Shown here: positions 38,054 to 47,230 of the stretch, piece by piece
How positions within the stretch are numbered: position 1 is the first letter of the stretch
Layout of the letters: every line of letters begins with the position of its first letter
IMG/VR virus record: IMGVR_UViG_3300024344_000001
Origin: a virus
Lineage: Duplodnaviria; Heunggongvirae; Uroviricota; Caudoviricetes
Reading direction: 5' to 3' (one strand)
DNA: 64,000 bases
Translations under genes and position numbers: made by a program
Notes under the pieces: generated by a model
What the model saw: the letters and a program-made list of their open reading frames with translations, nothing else
Told to the model about the DNA's origin: nothing
Databases searched by the model: none

Positions 38054-38494
38054 TTATCCCTCCGGGTTTGGATCAAACTTAGGGTCCACAAAGACCTCTA
38101 ACCAACAATAAACGCCGTAACGGCGTTGTCTCAATAGTTGCGGGTCATCGAATAGATAAAACCCATAGTAATATAGATCATCACCTGGGTTGATATTTCT
38201 GTCTTTGAGAAATTCGCCCATACCAGTAGTAAATAAATTCACAAACTTGTTCTTGATATTGTCGGCACTTTTCCAAAACTCTTCTAGTAGACAGTCAAAA
38301 GCCATAGTTGGATCAGCCAGGTACAAGTCTACCTTCTCGTCGTCATCTGTTTCTTTGTACATATGCGAACCAAAGGGCACTATGATAACATTGTATGTAT
38401 CATTTAGCCAGATCAAAAACTCGTCCGCAATTTCTTCAGTAGCGGTCTTGAGTAGGTTTCTTCTTATTCCATGTTCTGAGAATATGTTATTCAT
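38054..38494 (-). CDS. Hypothetical protein
   Basis: 146-aa ORF with GAGG upstream. Confidence 0.6.
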   Translation of the reverse strand: MNNIFSEHGIRRNLLKTATEEIADEFLIWLNDTYNVIIVPFGSHMYKETDDDEKVDLYLADPTMAFDCLLEEFWKSADNIKNKFVNLFTTGMGEFLKDRNINPGDDLYYYGFYLFDDPQLLRQRRYGVYCWLEVFVDPKFDPNPEG

Positions 38495-38518
38495 TGTTTG
38501 CCTCGTTTAGTTTTTTGA

Positions 38519-39004
38519 TCAGTCCTGCCAAAAGTTAACGACTTCCAACTTAGCTTTCTTAGCCTGTTGAACCGTGTAAAATGTACCACCAGATGTAGCC
38601 TCTGGATTTAGTAGGGCGACTACTTTGTCTATCCCTGTAATCATTGCAATATCGCGGTCAAAGAAGACGCTGCGATGGTACTCGTCTGCACTATACTCGA
38701 CGTTTGCCGTTTTGTCAAGGATTTTCCGGTATCTTTCCTGGGAATGGGAAGGCCACCTGGATTCCTGGCCGGGAAAAGGTACAAAAGCATGAACTTCAAG
38801 TTCTTGATTCAGTGCTTCTTCTGCAAGCCACGTATCCCAACCTATTGCCATACCAGTTCTAATGATTACTGGTTCGTCAAGGGCGTTTTTCCACATGTCT
38901 AGATAATAGGACAACCTAGACCTTAACTCCACTAGCCAGGGGTGATTCTCGTTGTACTCACAAGGACAGTATTTAGGGCGATGCCCGGTACCTGCAATTA
39001 TCAC
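38519..39004 (-). CDS. SLOG-family protein (YspA/DUF1273-like)
   Basis: IAGTGHRP...RTGMAIGWDTWLAE...AFVPFPGQESRW...YRKIL...DRDIAMI...SGGTFYTVQQAKK. Confidence 0.88.
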   Translation of the reverse strand: MIIAGTGHRPKYCPCEYNENHPWLVELRSRLSYYLDMWKNALDEPVIIRTGMAIGWDTWLAEEALNQELEVHAFVPFPGQESRWPSHSQERYRKILDKTANVEYSADEYHRSVFFDRDIAMITGIDKVVALLNPEATSGGTFYTVQQAKKAKLEVVNFWQD

Positions 39005-39570
39005 GGCGATTGGTCCTTCCTAAAACCAGTATTGATTCTGATAGGCCCCGTATGATGGACTGTTAACTTATCAGTATAGACCCCTAGGTGTATTCCTATT
39101 ACTTCATCTGTGTCCATTCTACAAATCAAACCACAGTCTCCACCCCTAATTCCTTCAGAGGGCTTACTGTATGTAGAGTGATCACCAATCACTAATTCAA
39201 CTGATTGACCAGCTTCAGATACGGATAGATGGATACAATTACCCTCGTATTTCTTACACTCTTCACTAGCTTGTCGAAGAACTTGTTCGAAGGGTATTTG
39301 TACTGTGGGCGGTCCTTGCTTGTTCACAAACGCCACAATGTCATCAGCTAAGTCTTGGCTATCCCACTTACTGAAGTTCTCGCCCTCTACCTCACACCAG
39401 ATCCATTCATTATCAGTTTCGCTGAAACGAATGGTACCAAACATATGAGAGTCCTCCTGACCATTCTTACTTGTTTCTTCTACGAATACGGAACCGTCTT
39501 TCATGGTCTCAAAAGATAGATCAACGCCGTAGACCTCTGCTTCATGTGTTACTTTTTGTTTGTATGTCAT
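39001..39570 (-). CDS. Hypothetical protein
   Basis: 189-aa ORF with overlapping start and stop. Confidence 0.6.
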   Translation of the reverse strand: MTYKQKVTHEAEVYGVDLSFETMKDGSVFVEETSKNGQEDSHMFGTIRFSETDNEWIWCEVEGENFSKWDSQDLADDIVAFVNKQGPPTVQIPFEQVLRQASEECKKYEGNCIHLSVSEAGQSVELVIGDHSTYSKPSEGIRGGDCGLICRMDTDEVIGIHLGVYTDKLTVHHTGPIRINTGFRKDQSP

Positions 39571-39743
39571 CCTAACTCAATCTCCAACTCTTCGAGTTTA
39601 TCTAGTAGGTCTTCGGTGGCGTTAATGTAGTCAGACCCCGTGTATTTCATTCCCTCATCATCACACTGAGTCATCAATTCCGCCACTTCATCTAGGGTGA
39701 GAGGGACACCGTCTACTTTCTCTTTGAATTCTTCAATTGTCAT
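39567..39743 (-). CDS. Small acidic hypothetical protein (58 aa), not in the ORF track
   Basis: MTIEEFKEKVDGVPLTLDEVAELM...; overlaps both neighbours. Confidence 0.5.
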   Translation of the reverse strand: MTIEEFKEKVDGVPLTLDEVAELMTQCDDEGMKYTGSDYINATEDLLDKLEELEIELG

Positions 39744-39951
39744 CGTTAACCCTTTTTCTCAACCACTCTCCTGCATGTATGAATATCTGTGGTATACCTA
39801 TTACACAAAATAAAAGTAGGAATAGGGGCCACATAATAACCACGCACATATCATCATCCTTCTTGCTTTTTGACTTATCGCTGTAGCCAATTATCATAAG
39901 GCCAACTATAACACCAAGTACGTATAGGACCAGTATTGCAATACCTATCAT
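39733..39951 (-). CDS. Small membrane protein, two hydrophobic segments
   Basis: IGIAILVLYVLGVIVGLMIIG and VVIMWPLFLLLFCVIGI. Confidence 0.65.
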   Translation of the reverse strand: MIGIAILVLYVLGVIVGLMIIGYSDKSKSKKDDDMCVVIMWPLFLLLFCVIGIPQIFIHAGEWLRKRVNDDN

Positions 39952-40376
39952 AGTAGCTCCTTATTCTCGTGAATGTTTCCAATAACCCTAAATCGTTTAG
40001 AGGTAGTATCAGACAGACCGTAACCAGATGCCCCCCATCGAGATTCATCAGTTTTACAAAGGGTTAGACAGTTAGTAGATTCTAATCTACGTACTACTCT
40101 GAACTGATCTCGCTCTTTTCTATTGCAGGCGACTCCTGCATACTTAGAGCCTAGAATATCGCCCTCATAGATCTCAACGCCGTTCTTGTCTTCAAATCCC
40201 GTCCACTGTTCAATAAGCCATTCATCGTCGCTAAAAACAACATCAAACGGATAACCGACTTCTGGATCATCTAACATTGTAAAGTGCGGTAGGTCATCAA
40301 CCATATCATGAATGAATTTATGGGGTTTACCCAGGGCGAAGTCTCCCGCATACCATGCTCTAAACTTAAGTTTCAT
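39948..40376 (-). CDS. YopX-family protein
   Basis: MKLKFRAW...QWTGFEDKNGVEIYEGDIL...VIGNIHENKELL. Confidence 0.92.
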   Translation of the reverse strand: MKLKFRAWYAGDFALGKPHKFIHDMVDDLPHFTMLDDPEVGYPFDVVFSDDEWLIEQWTGFEDKNGVEIYEGDILGSKYAGVACNRKERDQFRVVRRLESTNCLTLCKTDESRWGASGYGLSDTTSKRFRVIGNIHENKELL

Positions 40377-40933
40377 TAGTGGCCCCTCTTTTCAGTTAGG
40401 AAGTCGATAATCCATCGACCGTTCTTTGGACGTACAACCCGCCCTTTGATAATATAGTAGTGGTCAAATGGTAAGGTGCTTGCGTAGAATTCATCTCTGT
40501 ATTCGCTATCATCTATCTTTTGATTTATAGCATCCGTAATCTTCTCACGGAAAGTAGGGTCTTCGTCATAGTCCCACTCGCCCATTTTCTGAGCCTTGCA
40601 GATATCTCGTCCTAGAGACTTAGCATTCCAACCTGTTTTTTTTCTTAGACGTTCATCGCCAGTTAGGAGCCAGTACCAATATCCCTCAATACTAGAGAAA
40701 AATCCGTCTATAGTGGTTACGGGAGAATACGTCCAGTTAGATAGAAACTCCCCTAGTGCGGTCTCGCCCCTGGAATATACGTTGATATGATTGATACCAT
40801 CACCAGTACCATCATCACCAACATCGCCGTAGGGTTCATCCCAGTTGATATCTTCTGAGACGGCTTTATTTACGGCGTCGTAGTTCATGTCTTCAGGTAG
40901 AAGGTCTTCAATGTCTGATTCAATATGATCCAT
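40376..40933 (-). CDS. NADAR-like protein (T4 gp30.3-type)
   Basis: HINVYSRGETALGEFLSNW...FSSIEGYWYWL...TGWNAKSLG. Start moved to the ATG at 40933 (GGAG RBS) because the longer start runs through a terminator. Confidence 0.62.
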   Translation of the reverse strand: MDHIESDIEDLLPEDMNYDAVNKAVSEDINWDEPYGDVGDDGTGDGINHINVYSRGETALGEFLSNWTYSPVTTIDGFFSSIEGYWYWLLTGDERLRKKTGWNAKSLGRDICKAQKMGEWDYDEDPTFREKITDAINQKIDDSEYRDEFYASTLPFDHYYIIKGRVVRPKNGRWIIDFLTEKRGH

Positions 40934-40943
40934 AATAGTCTCC

Positions 40944-40968
40944 AAAAAAAGGGGGCCTTTCGGCCCCC
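40944..40968 (-). terminator. Rho-independent terminator
   Basis: Minus strand GGGGGCC-GAAA-GGCCCCC followed by T7, 19 nt after the stop at 40987. Confidence 0.9.
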
Positions 40969-40986
40969 TCATAGTTTCACGCTACT

Positions 40987-41319
40987 CTACTCGTTCTCAC
41001 CAGTCTTAGCGTTCCACTTGACCCATCCACGGTCTGGGAGCCAGTTACCTTCCTTATCCTTACGCTTAGGGAAGAGTCTGTTACCCTTCTTAGTCTGTCC
41101 AAAGCTAAGTGTAGCCCCGCAGTCAAGACAACGAATCTCGAAGTATTCATTATCTTCTACCATACGTGTGATGAATCTTACATGAGTAGATCCACACTTG
41201 GCACAGGTAGTTTCGTCAAAAACTTCCTGAAACGCCCCAAGATTCTTGAAGATTGATTTCTGGTCGTCGCCGTCAAGTTCGACAGACATACCATTTACAG
41301 TTGTGTAAGTTACCTTCAT
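40987..41319 (-). CDS. Zn-ribbon protein
   Basis: CAKC...CLDC; directly downstream of the annealase-like gene. Confidence 0.65.
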   Translation of the reverse strand: MKVTYTTVNGMSVELDGDDQKSIFKNLGAFQEVFDETTCAKCGSTHVRFITRMVEDNEYFEIRCLDCGATLSFGQTKKGNRLFPKRKDKEGNWLPDRGWVKWNAKTGENE

Positions 41320-42104
41320 TAATTAATACTCCAATTCTCGTACCCAGTGATATCTCCAGGAACCGTACCTGGATTATTTCTCATTTCCTTCAGCGTATCC
41401 AGCAACTCACTGGTATTCGCCTTAGTCACATGACTCTTATTATGGACTTTTACAAGAGTAAAAGCCTTATCAACATTTACATCTAGATCCTGACAGATAG
41501 AATTTAGAAATCCAATCTGTCGTTCAGATGGCTCCGTAGACGAAGTAGAAGAAGTATGTTCTCCACTACTTGGCTTATTGTACCTAGAAGTACTTCTAGC
41601 TTCCTTAACGGCGGTTACGTCCAGGTTAGTAAGTTCCTCAGCCGCACACTTCTTAAGCTTTAGTGCTTTTCTAAGTGCTCTAGCTTCCGCCCTGGTTGCA
41701 GATGTTGCCAACCCAAAGCGTAGGTAGTCATCCTCGGCGTTCATAGCAGTACAGTCGGCCACGTCGCCGTAGACCCTAATTTCACCAGAATGGTGTAGCC
41801 TAATGGTTACACGCCACTGAGTAGCACCACCAGGGAGACCCTGAATAGGTGGGGTAGACCAGGTGTTCACAGGAACACTTTCTACAATCTCACCAATAAT
41901 TAACTCTGTGACTCTACGGAGACCAGCCGCCACAGGGTAGCCCTCAAAGGTCTCATCGTCCTCAAACATACTCATAACCCAGTCATGCCACTCAGGACTT
42001 GTAGGATCTGGTCCGTCTGGAACAACTACATCCTTAACGTTAGACACAGGCATATCTTCCTCCATTTCTTCGAATACTGCACCAAGTTCTTCATCTCTAC
42101 TCAT
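41319..42104 (-). CDS. Putative single-strand annealing protein (Sak/Rad52-like)
   Basis: YPVAAGLRRV...ATSATRAEARALRKAL..AAEE core plus C-terminal PSERQIGFL helix motif. Confidence 0.55.
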   Translation of the reverse strand: MSRDEELGAVFEEMEEDMPVSNVKDVVVPDGPDPTSPEWHDWVMSMFEDDETFEGYPVAAGLRRVTELIIGEIVESVPVNTWSTPPIQGLPGGATQWRVTIRLHHSGEIRVYGDVADCTAMNAEDDYLRFGLATSATRAEARALRKALKLKKCAAEELTNLDVTAVKEARSTSRYNKPSSGEHTSSTSSTEPSERQIGFLNSICQDLDVNVDKAFTLVKVHNKSHVTKANTSELLDTLKEMRNNPGTVPGDITGYENWSIN

Positions 42105-42871
42105 AATGTTACCTCAATAAACCTTTCTGTTTCTTTAGGAAACTTTTCTTCAACGGACTTAAGAATATCCAAAACTGCCTGACACATAGTGTGTGTTCTA
42201 TTTAGGGATGGCTCTCTAGTAGCATTCACCCTAATGATTACATATCCTTTACTAAGTAACATACCATTCTTACGCAAGTCGTACTCAACCTGCTTCTGGA
42301 ATTTATCTTCACCCCAGATCGGCAGGAAGTGCGACGGCCCGTCCACTTCTACTATGACTCGGAGCGACGGAATGTAAATGTCAATTTCCAATTTTTCCAT
42401 CGGAATCAAAGAATCGTTGTGCAGGTCCAGAAAATAGCTCTTTCCTTCGAGGAATTCGACCAAACTGCGTTCGACCTTCGAGCCTTCTTTCGCGGCCTTG
42501 CGGATTCCTTCCGTACTTTTTTGCTGTAACTCATACTTCTGCTTAGAAGTCATATTGTCCCAGTGTTCCTTAGCGACTCTGGATCTTTCCTCTAGATCAT
42601 CATCAGAGATATTAGTCCAATAGTTTTCCATACTGGAACTGATCTTCAGTTTTTCCTCTAAGGTTCTTTGACGCCCCTTAGTCGGATGCGAAGCAGAACC
42701 AGTTTCCAGAGCTACAGATTGTGCCTCAGACTTACCTCTTAGTTCTACTTCCGCTTTCTGAAGCATTCTACGAATCCTGTTTGGATAAGTGTCATACTCT
42801 TTGGCGATCTGGTAAGGACTCTGTCCTTCTTCATACTTAGTAATTACGTCCTCAATTAGAATTTCTGTCAT
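42101..42871 (-). CDS. Vsr-like (DUF559-type) free-standing endonuclease
   Basis: EIDIYIPSLRVIVEVDGPSHF...DLRKNGMLLSKGYVIIRV; N-terminal HTH and basic repeat region. Confidence 0.78.
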   Translation of the reverse strand: MTEILIEDVITKYEEGQSPYQIAKEYDTYPNRIRRMLQKAEVELRGKSEAQSVALETGSASHPTKGRQRTLEEKLKISSSMENYWTNISDDDLEERSRVAKEHWDNMTSKQKYELQQKSTEGIRKAAKEGSKVERSLVEFLEGKSYFLDLHNDSLIPMEKLEIDIYIPSLRVIVEVDGPSHFLPIWGEDKFQKQVEYDLRKNGMLLSKGYVIIRVNATREPSLNRTHTMCQAVLDILKSVEEKFPKETERFIEVTL

Positions 42872-43308
42872 AGTTCTCCCAACCTTCCTAATAGATCACA
42901 AATGCTATCCACCTCCAGGGCTGGTTTTAGACCGGTAAGTCTATAGAGTTCTCTACTCTCTTCTGGACTCTTAGTAATGAACTTAGTGTCCTGAGAGATA
43001 TGTAGCAAGCCTACCAGATTTTTCTCTTCTGGATTGAAGAGGTGGTATAAGCGAAACTTGTTTACGGCGGCTCTTGATATTTCACAAGTATCAAAGGTGG
43101 TAGAGATCAGAATGCCCGTAAAGTGCCAGATATCGGTACTATTAAACATACCGAAGTTGGTGTCTACAGGGTTACGATCTACGTCGTTATAGAAAACAAC
43201 TCCCTCTGAGATACTTTCACTAGTTAGTGCCTCATTAAGGCACGTAAATATTTCCTGATTCACTTCAGAATCATTGATTGCGGGGATAAAGAATCCTACG
43301 TTATACAT
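42868..43308 (-). CDS. Hypothetical protein of the glycan operon
   Basis: Coupled to fcl; alpha/beta pattern. Confidence 0.55.
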   Translation of the reverse strand: MYNVGFFIPAINDSEVNQEIFTCLNEALTSESISEGVVFYNDVDRNPVDTNFGMFNSTDIWHFTGILISTTFDTCEISRAAVNKFRLYHLFNPEEKNLVGLLHISQDTKFITKSPEESRELYRLTGLKPALEVDSICDLLGRLGEL

Positions 43309-44227
43309 TCACATTCTCCAAGTACCACGCGATAGTCTTTTTCAGACCATCACGTAAGTTTGTTTGTGCAGTAAATCCAAGTCTTTCCTGAGCACGATCA
43401 GTGTTCAAGCATCTTCTTGGTTGCCCGTCTGGCTTACTAGTATCCCACAAAAGATGACCATCATATTCCATCAACGCACATATTTCTGTAACTAAAGTCT
43501 TAATAGTAACTTCATGTCCTGTTCCAATATTGATTGGTTCTGGACCCGGATCACTAACAATAGCTTTTAGAATCGCATCGCAACAGTCTTCTACATAGAG
43601 AAATTCTCTTGAAGCTGCTCCAGTTCCCCACAACGTAACGTTTGGGTTATCATTTTTCATTGCCTGAGAAACCTTAACAATTATCGCTGGGATAACATGG
43701 GAATTGTTAAGGTTAAAATGATCATGCGGGCCATACATATTTACGGGGATCAGGTTGACTCCATTGAAGTCATACTGTGCGTGATAGGCTTTTACTGTCT
43801 CCATAAGCATCTTTTTAGCGATGCCATAGGGGGCATTAGTTTCTTCTGGATATCCATCCCATAATTCAGCCTCACAAAATGGGACAGTGGTATGCTTAGG
43901 ATAGGAGCATACCGTTCCTAACATAATGAATTTGGCCCTGGGTGCCCATACACGAGTAGCCTCAATCATGTTGAGGCCCATTACGGCGTTTTCGTATATG
44001 AATTTACCTGGGTTCTTCTGATTGGCACCAATACCGCCTACGCTACCAGCGGCATGGATTACGATATCAATCGCCCTACCTTGTAGGGATTGTTCAGCGA
44101 AAAATATCTTCCTTAGATCCGTGTGAGAGGAAGGGGCATACACATGATACCCCTCGCTCTCCAGTTTCTTAGTAAGATTACGCCCTAAGAACCCATTACC
44201 CCCAGTTAAGAGGACTCTAGGATTCAT
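43301..44227 (-). CDS. fcl: GDP-L-fucose synthase
   Basis: TGGNGFLG, VGGIGAN, YPEETNAPYGIAKK, PVNMYGP, SHVIPA, WGTGAASREFLYVED, KPDGQPRR. Confidence 0.95.
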   Translation of the reverse strand: MNPRVLLTGGNGFLGRNLTKKLESEGYHVYAPSSHTDLRKIFFAEQSLQGRAIDIVIHAAGSVGGIGANQKNPGKFIYENAVMGLNMIEATRVWAPRAKFIMLGTVCSYPKHTTVPFCEAELWDGYPEETNAPYGIAKKMLMETVKAYHAQYDFNGVNLIPVNMYGPHDHFNLNNSHVIPAIIVKVSQAMKNDNPNVTLWGTGAASREFLYVEDCCDAILKAIVSDPGPEPINIGTGHEVTIKTLVTEICALMEYDGHLLWDTSKPDGQPRRCLNTDRAQERLGFTAQTNLRDGLKKTIAWYLENVNV

Positions 44228-44855
44228 CTACTTCCTCCCCAAACCAGTCTGAGCGGTCTCCTGATGGATTAGGAAAGTCACCAGTAGGAGCATGTTCTTC
44301 CATTTCTACTTCTACTTCAATAGGGAAGTCCGCTGGTCGATAATACGGAGTTCTCTTTCCTAGATCAACAATGTCTTCTCTGGAGAGGTCTGTGGAAACC
44401 TTTTCAGTTTGAGGTACACTAACCTGTGTAATAACATCGCCCACATTACTGTATACAATAATGGTTGGCTTACAGTCATCAAGATACACAAAGTCATTGA
44501 ATACACCAGCATGAGCATGAATAGGTGAGGTATTACGGCGTTTTAGACTACCGCCCTCATTTTCCTCAACGATGACTGCCGTGGTATCATTGATATACTC
44601 AATACCGGCGTCCATACCCATCTTGTCACCTGCGAAGATAACAATGTCTGGTACAATATCGTCCAACTCGTCCTTTTCTTCCCATAGAACCACATTGAGA
44701 AAACTCAGTGAGTGTTTCACATAGTCCCTAACGCCGTTATCCATTCCAACTATCAGTACATATAATAGGGCGTCGTTATCTGATTCATATTTCTTTACAT
44801 CACTAGACAGGGCCGTAAGGGCCTGGTGTGTTACGTATTCAAGCTTAGTTACCAT
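44217..44855 (-). CDS. Hypothetical protein with a C-terminal tail-tube-derived segment
   Basis: Overlaps both neighbours; N-terminal alpha/beta region; VSTDLSREDIVDLGKRTPYYRPADFPIEV matches the tail tube protein. Confidence 0.7.
   Translation of the reverse strand: MVTKLEYVTHQALTALSSDVKKYESDNDALLYVLIVGMDNGVRDYVKHSLSFLNVVLWEEKDELDDIVPDIVIFAGDKMGMDAGIEYINDTTAVIVEENEGGSLKRRNTSPIHAHAGVFNDFVYLDDCKPTIIVYSNVGDVITQVSVPQTEKVSTDLSREDIVDLGKRTPYYRPADFPIEVEVEMEEHAPTGDFPNPSGDRSDWFGEEVDES
44274..44399 (-). repeat. Diverged 126-nt copy of tail tube segment 3763-3888
   Basis: Gapless 42-codon alignment, 27 identical residues. Confidence 0.92.
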
Positions 44856-45633
44856 TTTGAAACTCCTTGAAGAATGGGCAGTCTATCTGCCAGGGTTTGA
44901 AATCGTACCAATAATGATTGATACATACAGGTAGGAATACACTTTCGGGCATAGTAGGTCTACTTACTTTATTATATGGGTTGAGTAAGTAGTTCTTGGA
45001 CTGTAGTCCCGCACAGTGATTCCACTCATGTCCCACTTTTGGGTGGGTATAGTCATAACCAATATGTTTGAAGTATTGGTATAACAGGGCCTGGTCCGTC
45101 CCAGGAATAATGTAGTTTGAGCCGTGTTCTTCGAACACGCTTAGGATTTTCTCGAAGTCTAACAGGGAAGGGTCTGAGACGACCTGTACGCCGCTATTCA
45201 AAAACGAAAATGGGATCTGGGCAGTATGCCCCTCAACCTTTTCATGATTTACCATAATGACGGGCTGGTCCTTGGAGCATTCCACAAGGTGGCTCAGATC
45301 TTCGAAGATAATCGCATCGGCGTCCACAAAGATAAAGGGTTCTGTTTCTCTACACAAATTGTAGAGTTTGAATCCAATATTATGAAGTGCCTTAGAGTCC
45401 CATTCTATGCGGTCATTGTAATCTTTTAGGTCAAAAGTGTTTTTAGGTATATGTGTTACACTTTTTTCCTTTCCATTGGATTCTGGCCACCTTATAGGGT
45501 AATCTTCAGTTTGATTGTGCCATATTTCTATATTTAGATCTACAGCATACTTACGGGCTTGATGTAACCACCACGCACATAAATTTATGTAATTTTCTTC
45601 TTTTGGGAAGTTGAAAATCGTTATCAGTTTCAT
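44845..45633 (-). CDS. GT-A glycosyltransferase, GT8-like
   Basis: FIFVDADAIIF, LNSGV, GTDQALL, WN, HYW motifs. Confidence 0.78.
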   Translation of the reverse strand: MKLITIFNFPKEENYINLCAWWLHQARKYAVDLNIEIWHNQTEDYPIRWPESNGKEKSVTHIPKNTFDLKDYNDRIEWDSKALHNIGFKLYNLCRETEPFIFVDADAIIFEDLSHLVECSKDQPVIMVNHEKVEGHTAQIPFSFLNSGVQVVSDPSLLDFEKILSVFEEHGSNYIIPGTDQALLYQYFKHIGYDYTHPKVGHEWNHCAGLQSKNYLLNPYNKVSRPTMPESVFLPVCINHYWYDFKPWQIDCPFFKEFQNGN

Positions 45634-46880
45634 TTGTTTTCACATTCAAAAATATGTATATATGGCCACTGATCAAATCCCTTGATAGATTTTGTAATCT
45701 TGAATCTTTCACCAAGAATACTTGTCCATTCTTCAAAGTTGAAGTTTGATAAATGTAGTTCGTATCCACATTTCTTATCTGATCCAGAAGCGACTAAAAA
45801 CAGAAAGTGGTCAGACACTGAAGATAAGCACTCAAGCACTTCATCTAGACATAAGGGCGGGATATGTTCCAACACATCTGTGCAATAAACAGCGTCATAT
45901 CTTATATCTCTTTTACAGTACGTTACTATGTCTTCGTTAAAATAATTTACGTCTGAAAGATATTTGTCACAACAAACTTTACTTATTTCTACGCCGGTCA
46001 CAGAACAAACGTGTGGAGCAACGGCACGAATATATTCACCACGTCCACAGCCAGTGTCAAGAATACTACCAGCCTGCTCGCACCACCCTACAACATAGTC
46101 TATCTTGGCTTGGTGTGGTTTTGCATATCCAGTATCTTCTTCATAAACCTTATTGTAAACACCCTGTTCATCAGCCTTATTTCTCCAATCAGAATGATGC
46201 TTATGATATACATAACAACTCTTTTCCCAAAGAAGTTTTGTGGATTGATCACGCTCTATGAGTCGTAACTGCCAATCATCTTCACATCCCCCAAAAGGAA
46301 AAGAGGGATTAAAATAGTAATTATCATTATGCATTGCGGTAATCAAGCTGTTACGATTAGTCGCCCAAAAAAATCCATGTATCATCGGTGGGGTTTTAGG
46401 GAGTTTTTCTACAGTTTCACACTTTGTGTTTCGATTAGTACATCTCTGCATCCTTGATTGATATTGATTTGCACCACCAGGATTTGATGATGGCCCAAGA
46501 ACAAAACTTCCATTAAGTGAATGAAGACACTTGAAGAACTGCTCTATAGACTGATCCAATACAACGTCATGATTAGAAAATATAAAATACTTATATGAAT
46601 TAATGTATTTTTGTACAACAATCTCCCACGCTCCAGTTAGGCCGTTTGTCTTTCTTTGATTATTAGACTTGTGGAGTGTATATAATGGATCTTTTTCCAC
46701 TGGAATATCTGACTCATTATCGAACACAATAATATCAACGTTATAGAAAACGAAGATATCATGGTACTTTTTAATGGATCTTATTAGTTCAAGAAAATCT
46801 TCTCTCCTATTGTGTGTAACAATCACAAAGCATATCTTGTCATTTTTCATTTGATCCACTCCGGTTTTGTGTCTGCACAA
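45630..46880 (-). CDS. GT2-like glycosyltransferase fused to a class I SAM methyltransferase
   Basis: VIVTHNRREDF...FSNHDVV...GCEDDW; C-terminal ILDTGCGRG...YDAVYCTDVLEHIP. Confidence 0.8.
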   Translation of the reverse strand: MCRHKTGVDQMKNDKICFVIVTHNRREDFLELIRSIKKYHDIFVFYNVDIIVFDNESDIPVEKDPLYTLHKSNNQRKTNGLTGAWEIVVQKYINSYKYFIFSNHDVVLDQSIEQFFKCLHSLNGSFVLGPSSNPGGANQYQSRMQRCTNRNTKCETVEKLPKTPPMIHGFFWATNRNSLITAMHNDNYYFNPSFPFGGCEDDWQLRLIERDQSTKLLWEKSCYVYHKHHSDWRNKADEQGVYNKVYEEDTGYAKPHQAKIDYVVGWCEQAGSILDTGCGRGEYIRAVAPHVCSVTGVEISKVCCDKYLSDVNYFNEDIVTYCKRDIRYDAVYCTDVLEHIPPLCLDEVLECLSSVSDHFLFLVASGSDKKCGYELHLSNFNFEEWTSILGERFKITKSIKGFDQWPYIHIFECENK

Positions 46881-47230
46881 ATTCCTGCAATTTTACCATT
46901 CCAATATACTTCTGGGTATTTCCAAATAATACCATAAGATGTAATGGTACAAAAGTCTGCTTCGTGCCAGAAGCAATGTAGTTTATTCATTGTACCAAAC
47001 TGTAGGGCCAGTAGATTCTTAGCATGACAGATGAACTTAGGGTTCTTTAGGAACTGTAGGTCAATTGGGTACTGAGGGAAGTCATGCCCTGTATAAAGCC
47101 CCTTACCAATTAACCAGTAATCCAACTCTACGTATGTAGAGACCTGGGTAGATTGAATCAGATACTCTGGAGAGTTTTCCAGTGCCTCATTCTTTCCCGC
47201 TACGTTACCCCTATGACTAATGAACCACAT
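46847..47230 (-). CDS. GDPD/PLC-like phosphodiesterase-domain protein
   Basis: ISHRGN...EN...VELDYW...GHD...HAKN. Confidence 0.7.
   Translation of the reverse strand: MWFISHRGNVAGKNEALENSPEYLIQSTQVSTYVELDYWLIGKGLYTGHDFPQYPIDLQFLKNPKFICHAKNLLALQFGTMNKLHCFWHEADFCTITSYGIIWKYPEVYWNGKIAGICADTKPEWIK

Noticed and set aside
40934-40972. Longer start (MRGPKGPLFLE) for the NADAR-like gene
   Set aside because: It reads through the terminator hairpin; the ATG at 40933 has a proper GGAG RBS.
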